A stretch of 63,566 nucleotides of DNA, filler included, from Corallochytrium limacisporum Hawaii (GCA_002811645.1; 5 parts of 5 records of this genome joined end to end with filler, not necessarily neighbours in it), one strand, 5' to 3'. Shown: positions 34,799-45,972, numbered from the whole stretch's first letter. Notes: generated from the letters alone by a model not told the origin. A program made the numbers and translations.

Positions 34799-36058
34799 AT
34801 GGTGTCTGCAGCACAAGTCATAATCTACATCACCTTGCCTTTTACGGCAGGTGTTGTCGGCTACATTACCAATGTCGTAGCCGTCAAGATGACTTTCTAT
34901 CCCATTGAATTCTTTGGGATAGGTAAGCCGTGGGGATTCTTCCCTTTCGAGAACTGCGGTCTGGGATGGCAGGGTATTGTTCCCAACAAGGCTGAGAAGA
35001 TGGTAACCATTGCTATGGATCTCATTCGCTCAGAACTTCTTGATACCAAGGAAATATTTGCTCGCTTGGACCCCAAGATAGTTGCGCAGCTTGCTCGGCC
35101 CGAACTGGTTAAGACTGTCAAGAACATCATTGACCAGGTTGCTGATCAGGAATTCCCCGAATTGTGGAAAAGGCTGGAGCCCCAGTACAAGGAGGAAATC
35201 TATGCTGTCGTTGCCGACGATGTGCCTAATAGCTTGCCCGTTGTCATGGACGAGTTGCGAGAGAATATCGATGACGTCTTTGATTTGACGCAGATGGTTG
35301 TCGACGAGACCATGAAAGATAAGAGCAAGATCGTCGAACTTTTCATGACCGTAGGTAAGAAGGAGGTTCGCTTCATTGAGAGGTCTGGCTTCTACTTTGG
35401 CTCTGTGTTCGGTACCATTCAGACCCTTATTTACATTTTCCTCTTTGTCGAATTCGACTACCGGGAGGGCAAGTACTGGTTCTTGCCTCTGTGCGGTTTC
35501 GCTGTTGGTTACGTTACCAACTATCTCGCTTTGCTGTTCATCTTCAAGCCCAGACGGCCCACGACGTATTGCGGTATTACTTTGCATGGGGTGTTCATGA
35601 AGCGTCAGGCTGCCGTCGCTGAGCTGTATGCTGACCAGATGACTCGGGAGTTGTTGGACGCTCGCACCATGTTCCATCATTTGATGCATGGCAAGAAGCA
35701 CAAGGATCTCTTTGCCCTCATTCACAACCGAGTCAACGCGTCCTTTGACGAATTTGAACACAAGCGCTTCTTGACTGTTGCCATTGGCGAGGAGCGCTAC
35801 ACAGCTCTTGGGCCCATGGTCGCGGATGCCATTATCAGGGATCTACCCAACATCACCGAGATCATTGCTGACTACGCCGACAAGGCTATGGACGTGCAGA
35901 ACACCTTGGAAGATAAGTTGAAAAATTGCACCCCCGAACAGTACGAAGCCCTGTTGCACCCTGCCTTCGAGGAAGACGAATGGAAGCTCATTCTCATCGG
36001 TGGTATCCTTGGTGCTCTTGTCGGTGTAGCACAGATCTTCTACATTGACCTTAACTAA
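34799..36058 (+). CDS. DUF445-like membrane protein
   Basis: Repeated GY.TN..A....F.P motif, GWQGIVP, GVFMKRQ and C-terminal FEEDEWKLILIGGILG; first ATG 34799. Confidence 0.78.
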   Translation: MVSAAQVIIYITLPFTAGVVGYITNVVAVKMTFYPIEFFGIGKPWGFFPFENCGLGWQGIVPNKAEKMVTIAMDLIRSELLDTKEIFARLDPKIVAQLARPELVKTVKNIIDQVADQEFPELWKRLEPQYKEEIYAVVADDVPNSLPVVMDELRENIDDVFDLTQMVVDETMKDKSKIVELFMTVGKKEVRFIERSGFYFGSVFGTIQTLIYIFLFVEFDYREGKYWFLPLCGFAVGYVTNYLALLFIFKPRRPTTYCGITLHGVFMKRQAAVAELYADQMTRELLDARTMFHHLMHGKKHKDLFALIHNRVNASFDEFEHKRFLTVAIGEERYTALGPMVADAIIRDLPNITEIIADYADKAMDVQNTLEDKLKNCTPEQYEALLHPAFEEDEWKLILIGGILGALVGVAQIFYIDLN

Positions 36059-36182
36059 AGAATTTAATACATTATTTTAATGAATGCCATTTTACATCAA
36101 TCAAACCGAGGCAAAAACGACCACAGTGGGCAGACTGAACATGCTGATATGAAGCGCATGTCACCCACTACCTCCTGTACTT

Positions 36183-36453
36183 TACTATCCTCTGCGTCGA
36201 AATATTGCTCCAAATCACATTTAATCAACCGGAATAAGGAGGGAGGGAGAAATTCGCGCCAACCNNNNNNNNNNNNNNNNNNNNNNNNNNNNNNNNNNNN
36301 NNNNNNNNTTAATTAATTAANNNNNNNNNNNNNNNNNNNNNNNNNNNNNNNNNNNNNNNNNNNNACTCAAAAGAAGCCGATTTTATAAGATTCAAACGAA
36401 GCTTTCAAACCATAATGTAAATTATGCACTTTTTTATTGAACAGAGGTTGGTA
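36183..36453. mobile_element. Candidate MITE / TIR element copy 1 (spans a gap)
   Basis: 36183-36243 is identical to 45973-46033; the right end CAGAGGTTGGTA (36442-36453) is an imperfect inverse of the left TACTATCCTCTG; flanking GTACTTT direct repeats at 36177 and 36451. Confidence 0.45.
36265..36364. other. Artificial contig linker
   Basis: Same 100-bp format. Confidence 0.97.
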
Positions 36454-36696
36454 CTTTCCTTTGCTGCGAACAAGGATCCTCTGCTGCCCATTTGTTGAAA
36501 TTCGAGGTATCGGCCACGAAATCGTCTTGACCGCCCCTTATGACAAGCAGTGAACACTTGGTATTCTCATGATACTTTGGTAACAATTAAGTGTTAAAAC
36601 ATCTATAAACGAAGGTACACAAACACCAAGGTGATTACCTATCCACCTGTGCGTGTTTGTGGAAACATTACCGGGAACGAAACACAGATAAGCAAT

Positions 36697-37179
36697 ATGC
36701 TGCGCGTGTTTGCTCGAAGCGCACCTCCTCAGGCTGCACGGGCTGCAATGTGTAGTCGGGGATTCTCCGCCATTGTAGAAGTTCCTAGCACCGCTGTCCC
36801 GGAAAAGACCGCAGACGAGGCGAAGATTGTGCCAATTGCACCGGTCACTGGCATTCCTGAGGACTATATTAAGCGGACAGTCACCATCTTTGAGCCCACT
36901 CCCAAGACCACGCAGTCTGGTACCTTTAAGGTTCGCAAATTTCGATTGGAGTTTGATACACAACAAAAATGGCAGAACCCTTTGATGGGCTGGTCGTCCA
37001 CCGGTGATGCGCACTCCCAGCTTCATGTGGAATTCGACACACTGGACGGAGCAATCAAACATGCGGTTAAGAACGGTTGGAAGTATGAAGTAATTAAGAA
37101 GGTACCCAAACGGCCGCGTAAGAAAGCGTACGGAGACAATTTCTCATGGGCTTCCCGCACTCGTGTGACTACCAAGTAG
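36697..37179 (+). CDS. NDUFS4: Complex I subunit NDUFS4 (18 kDa)
   Basis: Presequence; QSG, WQNPLMGWSSTGD, A.KNGW.Y, KAYGDNFSW, ending TTK. Confidence 0.95.
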   Translation: MLRVFARSAPPQAARAAMCSRGFSAIVEVPSTAVPEKTADEAKIVPIAPVTGIPEDYIKRTVTIFEPTPKTTQSGTFKVRKFRLEFDTQQKWQNPLMGWSSTGDAHSQLHVEFDTLDGAIKHAVKNGWKYEVIKKVPKRPRKKAYGDNFSWASRTRVTTK

Positions 37180-37371
37180 TATTGTATATATGTCACATAT
37201 CAAATTGGGGAACAAATCTGAGAGGTCTCTCCTGAAAATCGTCCACAACAAGAGATAAAAAAATACTGTAGACACAGATCGGAATTATTCCTGATAGTTT
37301 AACATTCCATGTATGGTACGGTGCATTTCACATATAACACGGGGGACTTAGATCAGAATGATGATATCGTA

Positions 37372-38319
37372 TTAAACATGCCCCTGTTGATCACCTCCGG
37401 TGGTGCTGTCTGTGTGGTTATCGGCACCATTGGCTGTCGTTGATGCCTGTCTACTCTTACGACCATTGCGTCTCTTTCGCCGTCTGCGCTTCTTGGCCTC
37501 TTCAACTAAATGGGAGACAACTCTCATGAACTCATTATACGCACTCATGTAGTCCGCAGTGACGAGTTCATAACGAATTTCACCCTCACGCGTGTTAAAG
37601 AGAAGAGATTCGTTGTCTGTATCGTAGGCATACGTCTTCAGCTCAGTCATCAGCCATCGACGCAGTTCCTTGTCAGTGGCATCGTCGACCAGAATCAGGC
37701 CCTCAGGAGCAATATTGAAGTACACAGGGCGAACCTCGACCTTATCGCGGATGCGGACTCGCCATGTGCCAAAGTACGTGCCAGACAAGCCTCGTAAATC
37801 CCTAAGATTGTCAGATTTCTTGTCTGTGATGCACAAAACATCTTGATCGTTGTACTCAAAGAAGTGCTGCCATCCGGGACTCCACTCGCGGCCCGCGAAG
37901 AGGCGTTCTTCCGCAGTTTCTCCCGCATCGCCCCAGTACGCGGCCACTGCTCCTTCGCGTGCTGTAGCAACTCCTTCCATAAACTTTCCAAAGGATTCAG
38001 CTGCCTTTGCACTCGTATCGCTGACCCAAGGCTTGAGCTTGAATGAGCTGTTGTTATGTTGCATGGGATTTTGAATGCCGTCCCATTCAGCCTCTCCCTC
38101 CTTGGGATCATTGCTGAACAGTCCTTCGACAGTAAGTTTGTGACTAACTTCATCTACCACCAATAGGGCATCACCATCATTCACATTATCCACAGACTCA
38201 TCACCCAGGCGTGCTTTGCCCTTTTTACGGACGTAAAATGTCTCGCGCATGTAGCCATTCATTGAAGCAAGCACATCGCTGGCCCTTTGCTGCAGGTCCG
38301 CGGTGAATTGGGCGGACAT
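37372..38319 (-). CDS. Protein with probable PH-superfamily (IRS-PTB/FERM-C-like) domain and basic tail
   Basis: 315-aa ORF from ATG 38319; GLILVD...ELRRWLMTELKTYAYD...LLFNTR resembles the IRS-PTB pattern; KKRRRRKRR tail. Confidence 0.6.
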   Translation of the reverse strand: MSAQFTADLQQRASDVLASMNGYMRETFYVRKKGKARLGDESVDNVNDGDALLVVDEVSHKLTVEGLFSNDPKEGEAEWDGIQNPMQHNNSSFKLKPWVSDTSAKAAESFGKFMEGVATAREGAVAAYWGDAGETAEERLFAGREWSPGWQHFFEYNDQDVLCITDKKSDNLRDLRGLSGTYFGTWRVRIRDKVEVRPVYFNIAPEGLILVDDATDKELRRWLMTELKTYAYDTDNESLLFNTREGEIRYELVTADYMSAYNEFMRVVSHLVEEAKKRRRRKRRNGRKSRQASTTANGADNHTDSTTGGDQQGHV

Positions 38320-39273
38320 GGTATACTTTTCCAGTCCACTTAGTTTTCCAATGTTATACAACAATTGCACTGTAAATTAGCTACCGTTTCTGAACTGCTC
38401 GTTGTGATAACCCTTCCAGTTACAATTGCTCGCTTGGAACTCAAGTGATCCTCCTGATAGCACTCGGCGAGGAGGACACTCCTACCGGGATACCTCATAT
38501 AGCTCTAGACCAATTCAATTCACCCAGAAATGACAGAACTTTAAAGAGATTTGGTATATAACGCTTACAACAAAAAGTTTCATATATTTCTCAAGTCTTT
38601 CGCCCGCCGAAACGTCATTTCTGCGCGAAACGCGTTCAGACCACTGACCCGTACCCACCCTCTACTCCGCTGCACCCTAATTCTCCCGCCCAGACTATCC
38701 GATTGCGGGTGTCCTTGGCGTCTCCTTTACTACGGTGGTACCGCAAGCGTTTCCGATTTTTCCCCGTTGTCCCGGCAAAGAAGCAGGGGTTAGGGGTTGG
38801 GAGCCCACCCCCCCTGGGGGTTGAAAATTTTGGTTTGGTTGTGAACTTCCGTTCCAATGGGTGGGTAGCAAAGCCGGTGGCGACGGTGGTACGGGGGTTA
38901 CACTGACCCTCAGCCTTCCTTCATCCCTCGTCCCTCCGGGTATTGCGTGGGGTACAATTTCCTTTTCCTTGTCCTACAGCTTGCTTGCTTTCCCCGTCCG
39001 AACGCGGAGCACTCACTCCACTTAGCCCCCCGGTTCGCAAGTGGGAAGGGTTGTTCTTCTTGTCGCATTCTCGTTTCGGGAAGGAGAAATTAGACTCCCG
39101 ATATACGTCAATCGCCAGCCGCGGGTCCTTCCTTTCTTCTCGTGAGGACGGCGGCGAGGCTGGGTTCATTAAACTTGTGCATTTACAATCAATATGTCAC
39201 AATAAAATTCATACTTTCTGCGATTAGATGATGGCAAGACTGGGTGACCACCATTACTGTGTCACTCACAACC

Positions 39274-42200
39274 TTATGTACCCACCGTAAAGGCGGTGAA
39301 GTCCTCTGGCAGAAGTGCCAGAGCAGAGACGACTGCATTGGCGGACCCACTGGCGGGCGGTTCGTTCACGGACCCCGGCCGACGTCGTCCCACACCACCA
39401 CGCGGCGCAGGCCGTCGCTGACCACTGGTGGAGGCGTGCCCTGTACTGGCATTGGCAGTCTCTAGTCTTCGCGGATCGATGCCCTGAGAGGCAGCACGGT
39501 CGCGAATGGTACTAAGTTGACGATACCGCTCCTCCCAGTTTGGTACTCCGGACAGTGTGTTGCGACCGTTGCGCATGCTCGCGGCCATGTCTGCCAATAT
39601 AAGGGTCTGTCGAACATACAGCGCGGCAGCAGGGTAGCTAAGTATGGCGCTGCCCATCGTGGGCATCAGCTCTTCGTGGCCAGGTCGCAAGTGAACAGTG
39701 ACGGCGCAAAGATTGAAGTCTAGAGGATTGACCTCTATGTCCACAAAGTTGAAGTGACCAGAGATCCATGCAGTGTCGTATGATGACCCACTCTCATTGA
39801 AAATTATGCTGACATAGTCATTGCCAATGTGCCGTTTCTTGTTGCTGCAATTCGGATCATTCGGTGTAGTAGGCATCAACGTCGCCACGTGGTACATGAT
39901 ACGAGTAAAATCACTCTCAGAGTACACAGAGTACGTCCCATCTTCATCATTTGACCGGTCCAGGCCACCAGTATAGACATCTATGGCGTCACGCAATCGG
40001 ACAAAAACTCCAAGATATTTCAGGAAATGCAGATATCGACTGGACCCCTGGGAGTTGGCCAGAATCTCTACTTCACTCTTCTGTTCGGGGCCAACGTAAA
40101 CCACGGCCACCTTGTGAGTGTCATAGACACTGGTGCTATCCAGAATGCGCATGGCTCGGGTGAGTGCATCATTGTTGTGAAGAGGCACAGGCCTCTGCAT
40201 CATTTGCGTGGAATGCTGGAGCTGCAGCAGTAGGAAAGCCGGTAGGAACATCTTGGACTGCACATCGTACTCTTCCTCATGTTCTGTTACTATTCTCGGG
40301 GAAGGAGAACGTTCTAGAGTTTGAGCCACCTTTGTTGTGGTCTCCAGCAAGTTCTCAGAGCCCGTTGCACCCAATCCGTTATCTGCACCTCTTTGCATGT
40401 CCTGTGACGGTTCAGATTGTGTCGTTTGATGGACAGATACTTGTTGCTGACCAGCACCATTGATGAGAGAGTCATTACTACTCGTCTGTACCTTCTGTTC
40501 CGACTTGTTACCAGCGGCACCCCCTTCCTCATCGAAACTGAATTGTACGTCTTCCCCATCCGCTCCTGGACTCGTGGACTTGGGTGCATCATCCATTCCA
40601 GAGGTTGACAGCGCCGCTGGTGTCGTGGATGGAGTCGGAGCTGCTTGTGGTCTGTACTGCGCGAAACGTGTAGACTTGTCAGTAGAAATAGCATCCACGT
40701 CCAGGACACTCGCAAAGGTTCGATGGCTGGCAGAGCGCCGCATTGACGACAGTCGCCGTTCATCAATGCTTGACTGTCGCCCTACCCGTCGAGCAATGCG
40801 GGCTGCCAAGTCGGAAACGGTGCCGTGCGCTCCAGGACTACGACCGCTGCCGCCTAGGGGATCCCTCTCCGCATGGTCACCGGTGGCAATCAACGGACTC
40901 TTCTCCGTAAACAGCCCACGTCCCCGATTGAACGAATCCATGCGGGCAATGCGGATGCGATCCAGATTCACACTGCCCGCATTGGTACCTCCGCTTATGG
41001 GGTCCAACGGGATTTCTTCGTCCGTTACCCTCTCGTTCCCTCCTCCTGCTGTGACGATGCCAGGATCCCCACTGGAGTTCTGGCGCAGGCGGTGATGCAC
41101 CATGGCCATCTGCAGGCCACCTTCAGAATCGTTTTCATCCCCGGGTACAGATCCTACTCTTAAAGTGCCACTGTGCCCCCGCTGGGCAAGGAAGTCCCGT
41201 GTAAAGCTTTCAAAGGAGCCTTGCGATGGGAGAGTGTGTACACTGCTCTTGCCCCCACCGCTCCCCTCGAGCTGGAGCTGGTGGCCACCGCTGGGGCGAT
41301 GGCCAGCCGGAATAGCAATACCATGCGCATCGTCACCGATACTACCGACCAGCTGTGATCCCCCCAGGCCCAATGAGTCATCAATACGTCTTCCAGCCGT
41401 TGTCGGAGAGGTGCTCCTGGTCATGGTCTTTCCAAATTCACCCTGGCTCTGTCCACTGCGATCGTCCGCATAAGGTATGTGTCCAAGGTGCCGTGTGGGT
41501 CGCGGTTTCAGCAAATTATCGAGATACATCAGCCATGTTACCTGACCTGTCGGTCTGCGCACAGTGATTTGAGACCACCCCGTTCGAGAGGTAGTGATAG
41601 TAAGCAAGGAAGTGCCAAGGATCCAGGAGCATGAGACTGGTGATATCATCAGGGACTCTCCACCCTTGGGCAGCCTAGTCAGCGCGTCTACATCGGCGTG
41701 AGTGTATCGTGCCAGAAGATCACTCATGACCTGATATGCACTTGTGACGGCTTCAGCAGTCATTAAATGCTGCGTTGCTGCAGAGTGAGTATGACGATGT
41801 CCACCTGGTGACCTGCCGATCTCCGGTCCTTGAGTGTTTGCTACAGCTCCTGGACCCGGACTCACACCGGGTGGGCGATTCACCCCAATTAGAGTTGCAG
41901 CCCGAGCAGCACTTGAACCAGCAGCTCCGGCCACCGTAGAGGAGACCTGAGAAATCAGGCTCTGCTTGTGTGTCGAAGCCTTGGCCCCTTTATCTGCTGT
42001 GCGCGGTGTCACTACAGCTGGGTCACTCAAGCTGCCAAAGGAATCCTCACTTGGGCCAGGCGTGCCACTACTGGGTTGGCGAGCGGTAGTAACCCGTGAT
42101 GCATGTGAGAGAATGAACGGCACAAACTCTGCACGATCCGCCACACGACAACGCACGAACCAAACGCTGACCAGGTGATAAGCGACCGCCACCACGTATG

Positions 42201-45200
42201 GGCCGTAGATCTGCAGATCCATAAATTGCAGACAGAGAGTGAATACCAACTTGTAGTCGTCCTTGACAAAGTTGCGATACAAGTCGTCAATTCGTATGAA
42301 TGAATTGATGAAGTGGAGAATGCTGACTGCAAAGTCCGTGGAATTGGCCAGCTGACTAAGGCGCATTAGGACCCGCTGAAGAATACGCTGCAGACTCTGA
42401 GGCATCTCGTAGGAAGCCAATTCGAGACCTTGCAGGCATATTGTGACTGCCTGTTTATAATTTCCAACCAGGCCTTGCTCCATGCAGTAGAGAATGTCAT
42501 CCTGGTGTTGCCTACTCAATAGCGCATGGAGAGGAACCATAGCTTTGAAAAAGTAGCAGCATGCGATGTGCAAGCGATTTCGTACACCAGGAGACGGCGG
42601 CGGGTTAAGAGACCGACCGAGGGTTCGATTCTTGACCTTTGATGTAAGCAACGCACAAACACGATTCAACAAGTCCGCCTGCTCTTCGTGAATGAGACGC
42701 ATGCTCGAGACAAGTTGTGCTACGCCCTCAATGACGGTTATATGCACATCAATACTGCGATCTAACGTCAGCGCAGTGGCAAACAGTTCGAAAATGCGAC
42801 GCATGGGTAGGCTCTTTGGGGCGTAATCCGTCTCAAGATCTGGGGAACTCGTCTCCACTTCCGCCTTTGTTTCTTCAGTTTCGATACCTTCATCATCTGC
42901 CCATCCATATGCTGTCACTGTGGAACTGGTAAACTTGATGACGTTGGGTGGCGCCGGAACGTCACTGAGAACCGACGGCGGTGGTACTTGTCTGTTGGTT
43001 TCTACTTCCTGAGTCGAGTTTCCCGTGGCATCCATTCCGCCTGTGTCATCATTTACCCCTTTCTTATCAGGTGTACTTGGAGACCGCTCCGTGGGTACCA
43101 AACCGTACCTTTCAATATCTGCTGGGGTCAGCCAAAGCTCCAGTTGGCCGAAGCCATTTGTGCGGAACATGCTAAAGAATCGGAAAATTTCCAGACGAAT
43201 TGACATTGCAAGATTTCCGGCGAATTCCGAGTCATAGTGGTTCTGAAGGTGATCACAGAGCATCAAAATCGACCCAAGAGCTCGTTCACCGGGCGCCTGG
43301 TCAATGCCATTAATGAAAACACCACACAAACCGAGAGTAGCAGCAAACGAACTGCTTTCTTCAGGGGTCAAATTATCCTCTAGATCATCGACTTCCGTGT
43401 ACAAGAAGAACTGCAGTACGTGCAAGAGATCAAAGTAGTACGCAACCTCACGAACTTCTCTTGCCAGGGACAATATTAAGGATACCATCTCCCTCCGAAT
43501 CTGGCTATCGGGATCACAACAGTTTTCCTCTGCAACTGAGCAGACTACGGCCACAATACGGGCTTCGCCGATCATTACCTTGTGCTCTTTGACGATTTCA
43601 TGCATAGTTTGAATGGTACCTAGGCGCACTTCGGGTCTAGGGTCATCGTAGAAACCACGACGGAGGTTCCTGAGGGTCAAATCCAACGCATCCGGCATTC
43701 CATTACTGACGTCTTCAAGGAAGAATTTCTGTGTATCCAGAGCTTCCTTGGGCGGCAGTTGTAGAGCATACTTAGACACCAGCTCTCGCATACGCCGTCT
43801 AGGACCGCCAAAAGTTTCAGCCTGCAAGTGCGGCATTACCAATGTCAAGAGGCTAACAAAGCGCGCAAGAAAGTCACCTGTATCACTCGCCTGCTCTCCC
43901 GATCCAATTTTCCTGTTCGCTCCTAGAGTTCCTTCTTGCTGTTGTGCCCCAACCCTGGTATTGCTGCTTTCTCCAGAAGCAATTCGGGCTTCATCCACGA
44001 CGCCAAGGGTGCCCATATCATGATCATACACTTGCGCCACTCCTTGCTGTGAGTGATCCGCAGCCTCGTGGTTGCTTTGAATATCACGCCGGCTAGACTC
44101 TGCACTCCCTCCAGAAATGACAACCTGTGACGGTTCCTGTGATTGCGTAGGGCCCACAGTCATTTGCGTTGTGCTAGTGGTCAACATGGCAATGTCATAG
44201 TCCGCATACCGTGACAACTCGTCCAGGATATTGTATAGCACATCCCAGCGAAGGCTGTCAAAATCAGCGGCAAATTTTGTTACGAGCCTTTGCATACTGA
44301 GGACGATCTCATTGGCTACGATGCTCTGATCAAAACTGAGTGCGTGACACATGCTGCTAAGAATACTAAGCTGAGAATACCGGAGATCTTTGATGCTCTG
44401 CCCCCCCCAACTTGCCATGCCTAAGTAGAAAATCGCACCTCGGATAAGGTGTGGAGATTCTGCCATGCTTGGATCGTCCAGAAAGCCACACATTACTTTC
44501 AGGCCATTGAATCCAGCAATGGAAATGAGAAAATGTCGCATGATTGCCCAACAACGAATACAGTATTGCTCCACATTAACCGCGAAGCACATGCTGCGAA
44601 CAAAGGGAACGTGACTGCGTCCTGGCAACACTGCGTTGTTAATAATCACATCCAATATATCTAAGCAGATCCCCAGTTCTTCCGCATCCTGAGCGTTTAA
44701 TGCCAGTGTGTTCACATGCTCGCAAATGCAAACAATCTGCCTGCTCGTGAAATGGCCAGGAATTGCATCGAGAACCACCTTTAGAATTCTTGCTACAGAG
44801 AACGACAGCTCAATAGACCTTCCAATCTGTTGGCGATCCGTGCGCACTTGTGTGCCGCCAATGGCAGAGTTGTACCCGCTCATTTCACTCTGAGACCGTT
44901 CGTCCATGCCGGATCGTGGGGTACGCAAAACATCATGTGTGCCGTCGAGTCCCATGTCTCCTGTCGAGTATTCATCCAACCCATCACGATAATGACCACG
45001 CACATTTCGTGCTAACAAGCCAGCCCGATCCACACCGGATGCTTCGATATATTCTGTTCCTTGCTCAGGACTTGAGTCCTCTTCCACTTTAAGAGAGTCC
45101 AACCACGCACACAAGAGCCCAGGGACCTTGTCCTCTAGACCTTGCAAATTCTTTCCTCCATTCAGCAAAATGGAAAGTGCCTTAATCCGAGACTCAAAAG

Positions 45201-45741
45201 TAGCAGGGTCCTTCTCGCTAGCAATAAAATCAAAGTACTCACACCGCAGAGATAGTCCAGCCATGGTGGGACCGCCCGGAATTGCCTGCAGACTATTCAT
45301 GACAAATAGGAGCAAAGTCTGCCTTGCCAGCACGGACGAGTTTGCCAAGTCTTCAATTTCTTGCCAGATCTTCATACTTTCTAGGTCTGTTAGCCGCCGA
45401 GTGATCAAGTGATCACAAATATCGCGGAGGGCAGACAAACGTTGCTTGTCCTGGCGCTCGGTGGTTTGCATGTCTGTAGTGTCTTCGGTCGCCGGTACTC
45501 CCAATCGACTTGCACCACTTCCACTATTTGAACTGTGATATGACCCATACGGACTCGTTATATTCTGTCCACCAGAGGACGGCTGCCGCACTCTGTGTGT
45601 CAATTCTGTGAACTCATCTTCACCTGTAAAGAGGGAGATTGCGCCTTTGCGCAACATGGCCGTGAATCGAGACCATGATCCCTCTTGGCTGGAGCTGGTT
45701 CTCCGTCCGCTAGGCGGAACAGACAATCCCCCCAAGTCCAT
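39274..45741 (-). CDS. TSC2: Tuberin (TSC2), Rheb GAP
   Basis: ~2155 aa; LIRGAIFYLGMASWG in the N-terminal domain; C-terminal Rap-GAP HKVAVVYVG, YTGGLD, HVATLMPT, KKRHIGNDYV. First ATG 45741. Confidence 0.95.
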   Translation of the reverse strand: MDLGGLSVPPSGRRTSSSQEGSWSRFTAMLRKGAISLFTGEDEFTELTHRVRQPSSGGQNITSPYGSYHSSNSGSGASRLGVPATEDTTDMQTTERQDKQRLSALRDICDHLITRRLTDLESMKIWQEIEDLANSSVLARQTLLLFVMNSLQAIPGGPTMAGLSLRCEYFDFIASEKDPATFESRIKALSILLNGGKNLQGLEDKVPGLLCAWLDSLKVEEDSSPEQGTEYIEASGVDRAGLLARNVRGHYRDGLDEYSTGDMGLDGTHDVLRTPRSGMDERSQSEMSGYNSAIGGTQVRTDRQQIGRSIELSFSVARILKVVLDAIPGHFTSRQIVCICEHVNTLALNAQDAEELGICLDILDVIINNAVLPGRSHVPFVRSMCFAVNVEQYCIRCWAIMRHFLISIAGFNGLKVMCGFLDDPSMAESPHLIRGAIFYLGMASWGGQSIKDLRYSQLSILSSMCHALSFDQSIVANEIVLSMQRLVTKFAADFDSLRWDVLYNILDELSRYADYDIAMLTTSTTQMTVGPTQSQEPSQVVISGGSAESSRRDIQSNHEAADHSQQGVAQVYDHDMGTLGVVDEARIASGESSNTRVGAQQQEGTLGANRKIGSGEQASDTGDFLARFVSLLTLVMPHLQAETFGGPRRRMRELVSKYALQLPPKEALDTQKFFLEDVSNGMPDALDLTLRNLRRGFYDDPRPEVRLGTIQTMHEIVKEHKVMIGEARIVAVVCSVAEENCCDPDSQIRREMVSLILSLAREVREVAYYFDLLHVLQFFLYTEVDDLEDNLTPEESSSFAATLGLCGVFINGIDQAPGERALGSILMLCDHLQNHYDSEFAGNLAMSIRLEIFRFFSMFRTNGFGQLELWLTPADIERYGLVPTERSPSTPDKKGVNDDTGGMDATGNSTQEVETNRQVPPPSVLSDVPAPPNVIKFTSSTVTAYGWADDEGIETEETKAEVETSSPDLETDYAPKSLPMRRIFELFATALTLDRSIDVHITVIEGVAQLVSSMRLIHEEQADLLNRVCALLTSKVKNRTLGRSLNPPPSPGVRNRLHIACCYFFKAMVPLHALLSRQHQDDILYCMEQGLVGNYKQAVTICLQGLELASYEMPQSLQRILQRVLMRLSQLANSTDFAVSILHFINSFIRIDDLYRNFVKDDYKLVFTLCLQFMDLQIYGPYVVAVAYHLVSVWFVRCRVADRAEFVPFILSHASRVTTARQPSSGTPGPSEDSFGSLSDPAVVTPRTADKGAKASTHKQSLISQVSSTVAGAAGSSAARAATLIGVNRPPGVSPGPGAVANTQGPEIGRSPGGHRHTHSAATQHLMTAEAVTSAYQVMSDLLARYTHADVDALTRLPKGGESLMISPVSCSWILGTSLLTITTSRTGWSQITVRRPTGQVTWLMYLDNLLKPRPTRHLGHIPYADDRSGQSQGEFGKTMTRSTSPTTAGRRIDDSLGLGGSQLVGSIGDDAHGIAIPAGHRPSGGHQLQLEGSGGGKSSVHTLPSQGSFESFTRDFLAQRGHSGTLRVGSVPGDENDSEGGLQMAMVHHRLRQNSSGDPGIVTAGGGNERVTDEEIPLDPISGGTNAGSVNLDRIRIARMDSFNRGRGLFTEKSPLIATGDHAERDPLGGSGRSPGAHGTVSDLAARIARRVGRQSSIDERRLSSMRRSASHRTFASVLDVDAISTDKSTRFAQYRPQAAPTPSTTPAALSTSGMDDAPKSTSPGADGEDVQFSFDEEGGAAGNKSEQKVQTSSNDSLINGAGQQQVSVHQTTQSEPSQDMQRGADNGLGATGSENLLETTTKVAQTLERSPSPRIVTEHEEEYDVQSKMFLPAFLLLQLQHSTQMMQRPVPLHNNDALTRAMRILDSTSVYDTHKVAVVYVGPEQKSEVEILANSQGSSRYLHFLKYLGVFVRLRDAIDVYTGGLDRSNDEDGTYSVYSESDFTRIMYHVATLMPTTPNDPNCSNKKRHIGNDYVSIIFNESGSSYDTAWISGHFNFVDIEVNPLDFNLCAVTVHLRPGHEELMPTMGSAILSYPAAALYVRQTLILADMAASMRNGRNTLSGVPNWEERYRQLSTIRDRAASQGIDPRRLETANASTGHASTSGQRRPAPRGGVGRRRPGSVNEPPASGSANAVVSALALLPEDFTAFTVGT

Positions 45742-45972
45742 TGTCCTACGATTCGTTCTGTATAAAGTATGCAAACATGTCTTGACGAGTGGGTCCTTGA
45801 GAAGTGTTATTCTACCACTCACATCTTTGATTACGTGCAAAGCAATGCGAGTTCAGTATCTTATTACTTTGTATAGCTCAGCTTGTGTTATCAATTCATC
45901 TATAGACGAAAACCACTCAATGAGTAAAATACCCTGCAAATTCGCAAACAGTTGGAATGTGGCGGAGCAGTG

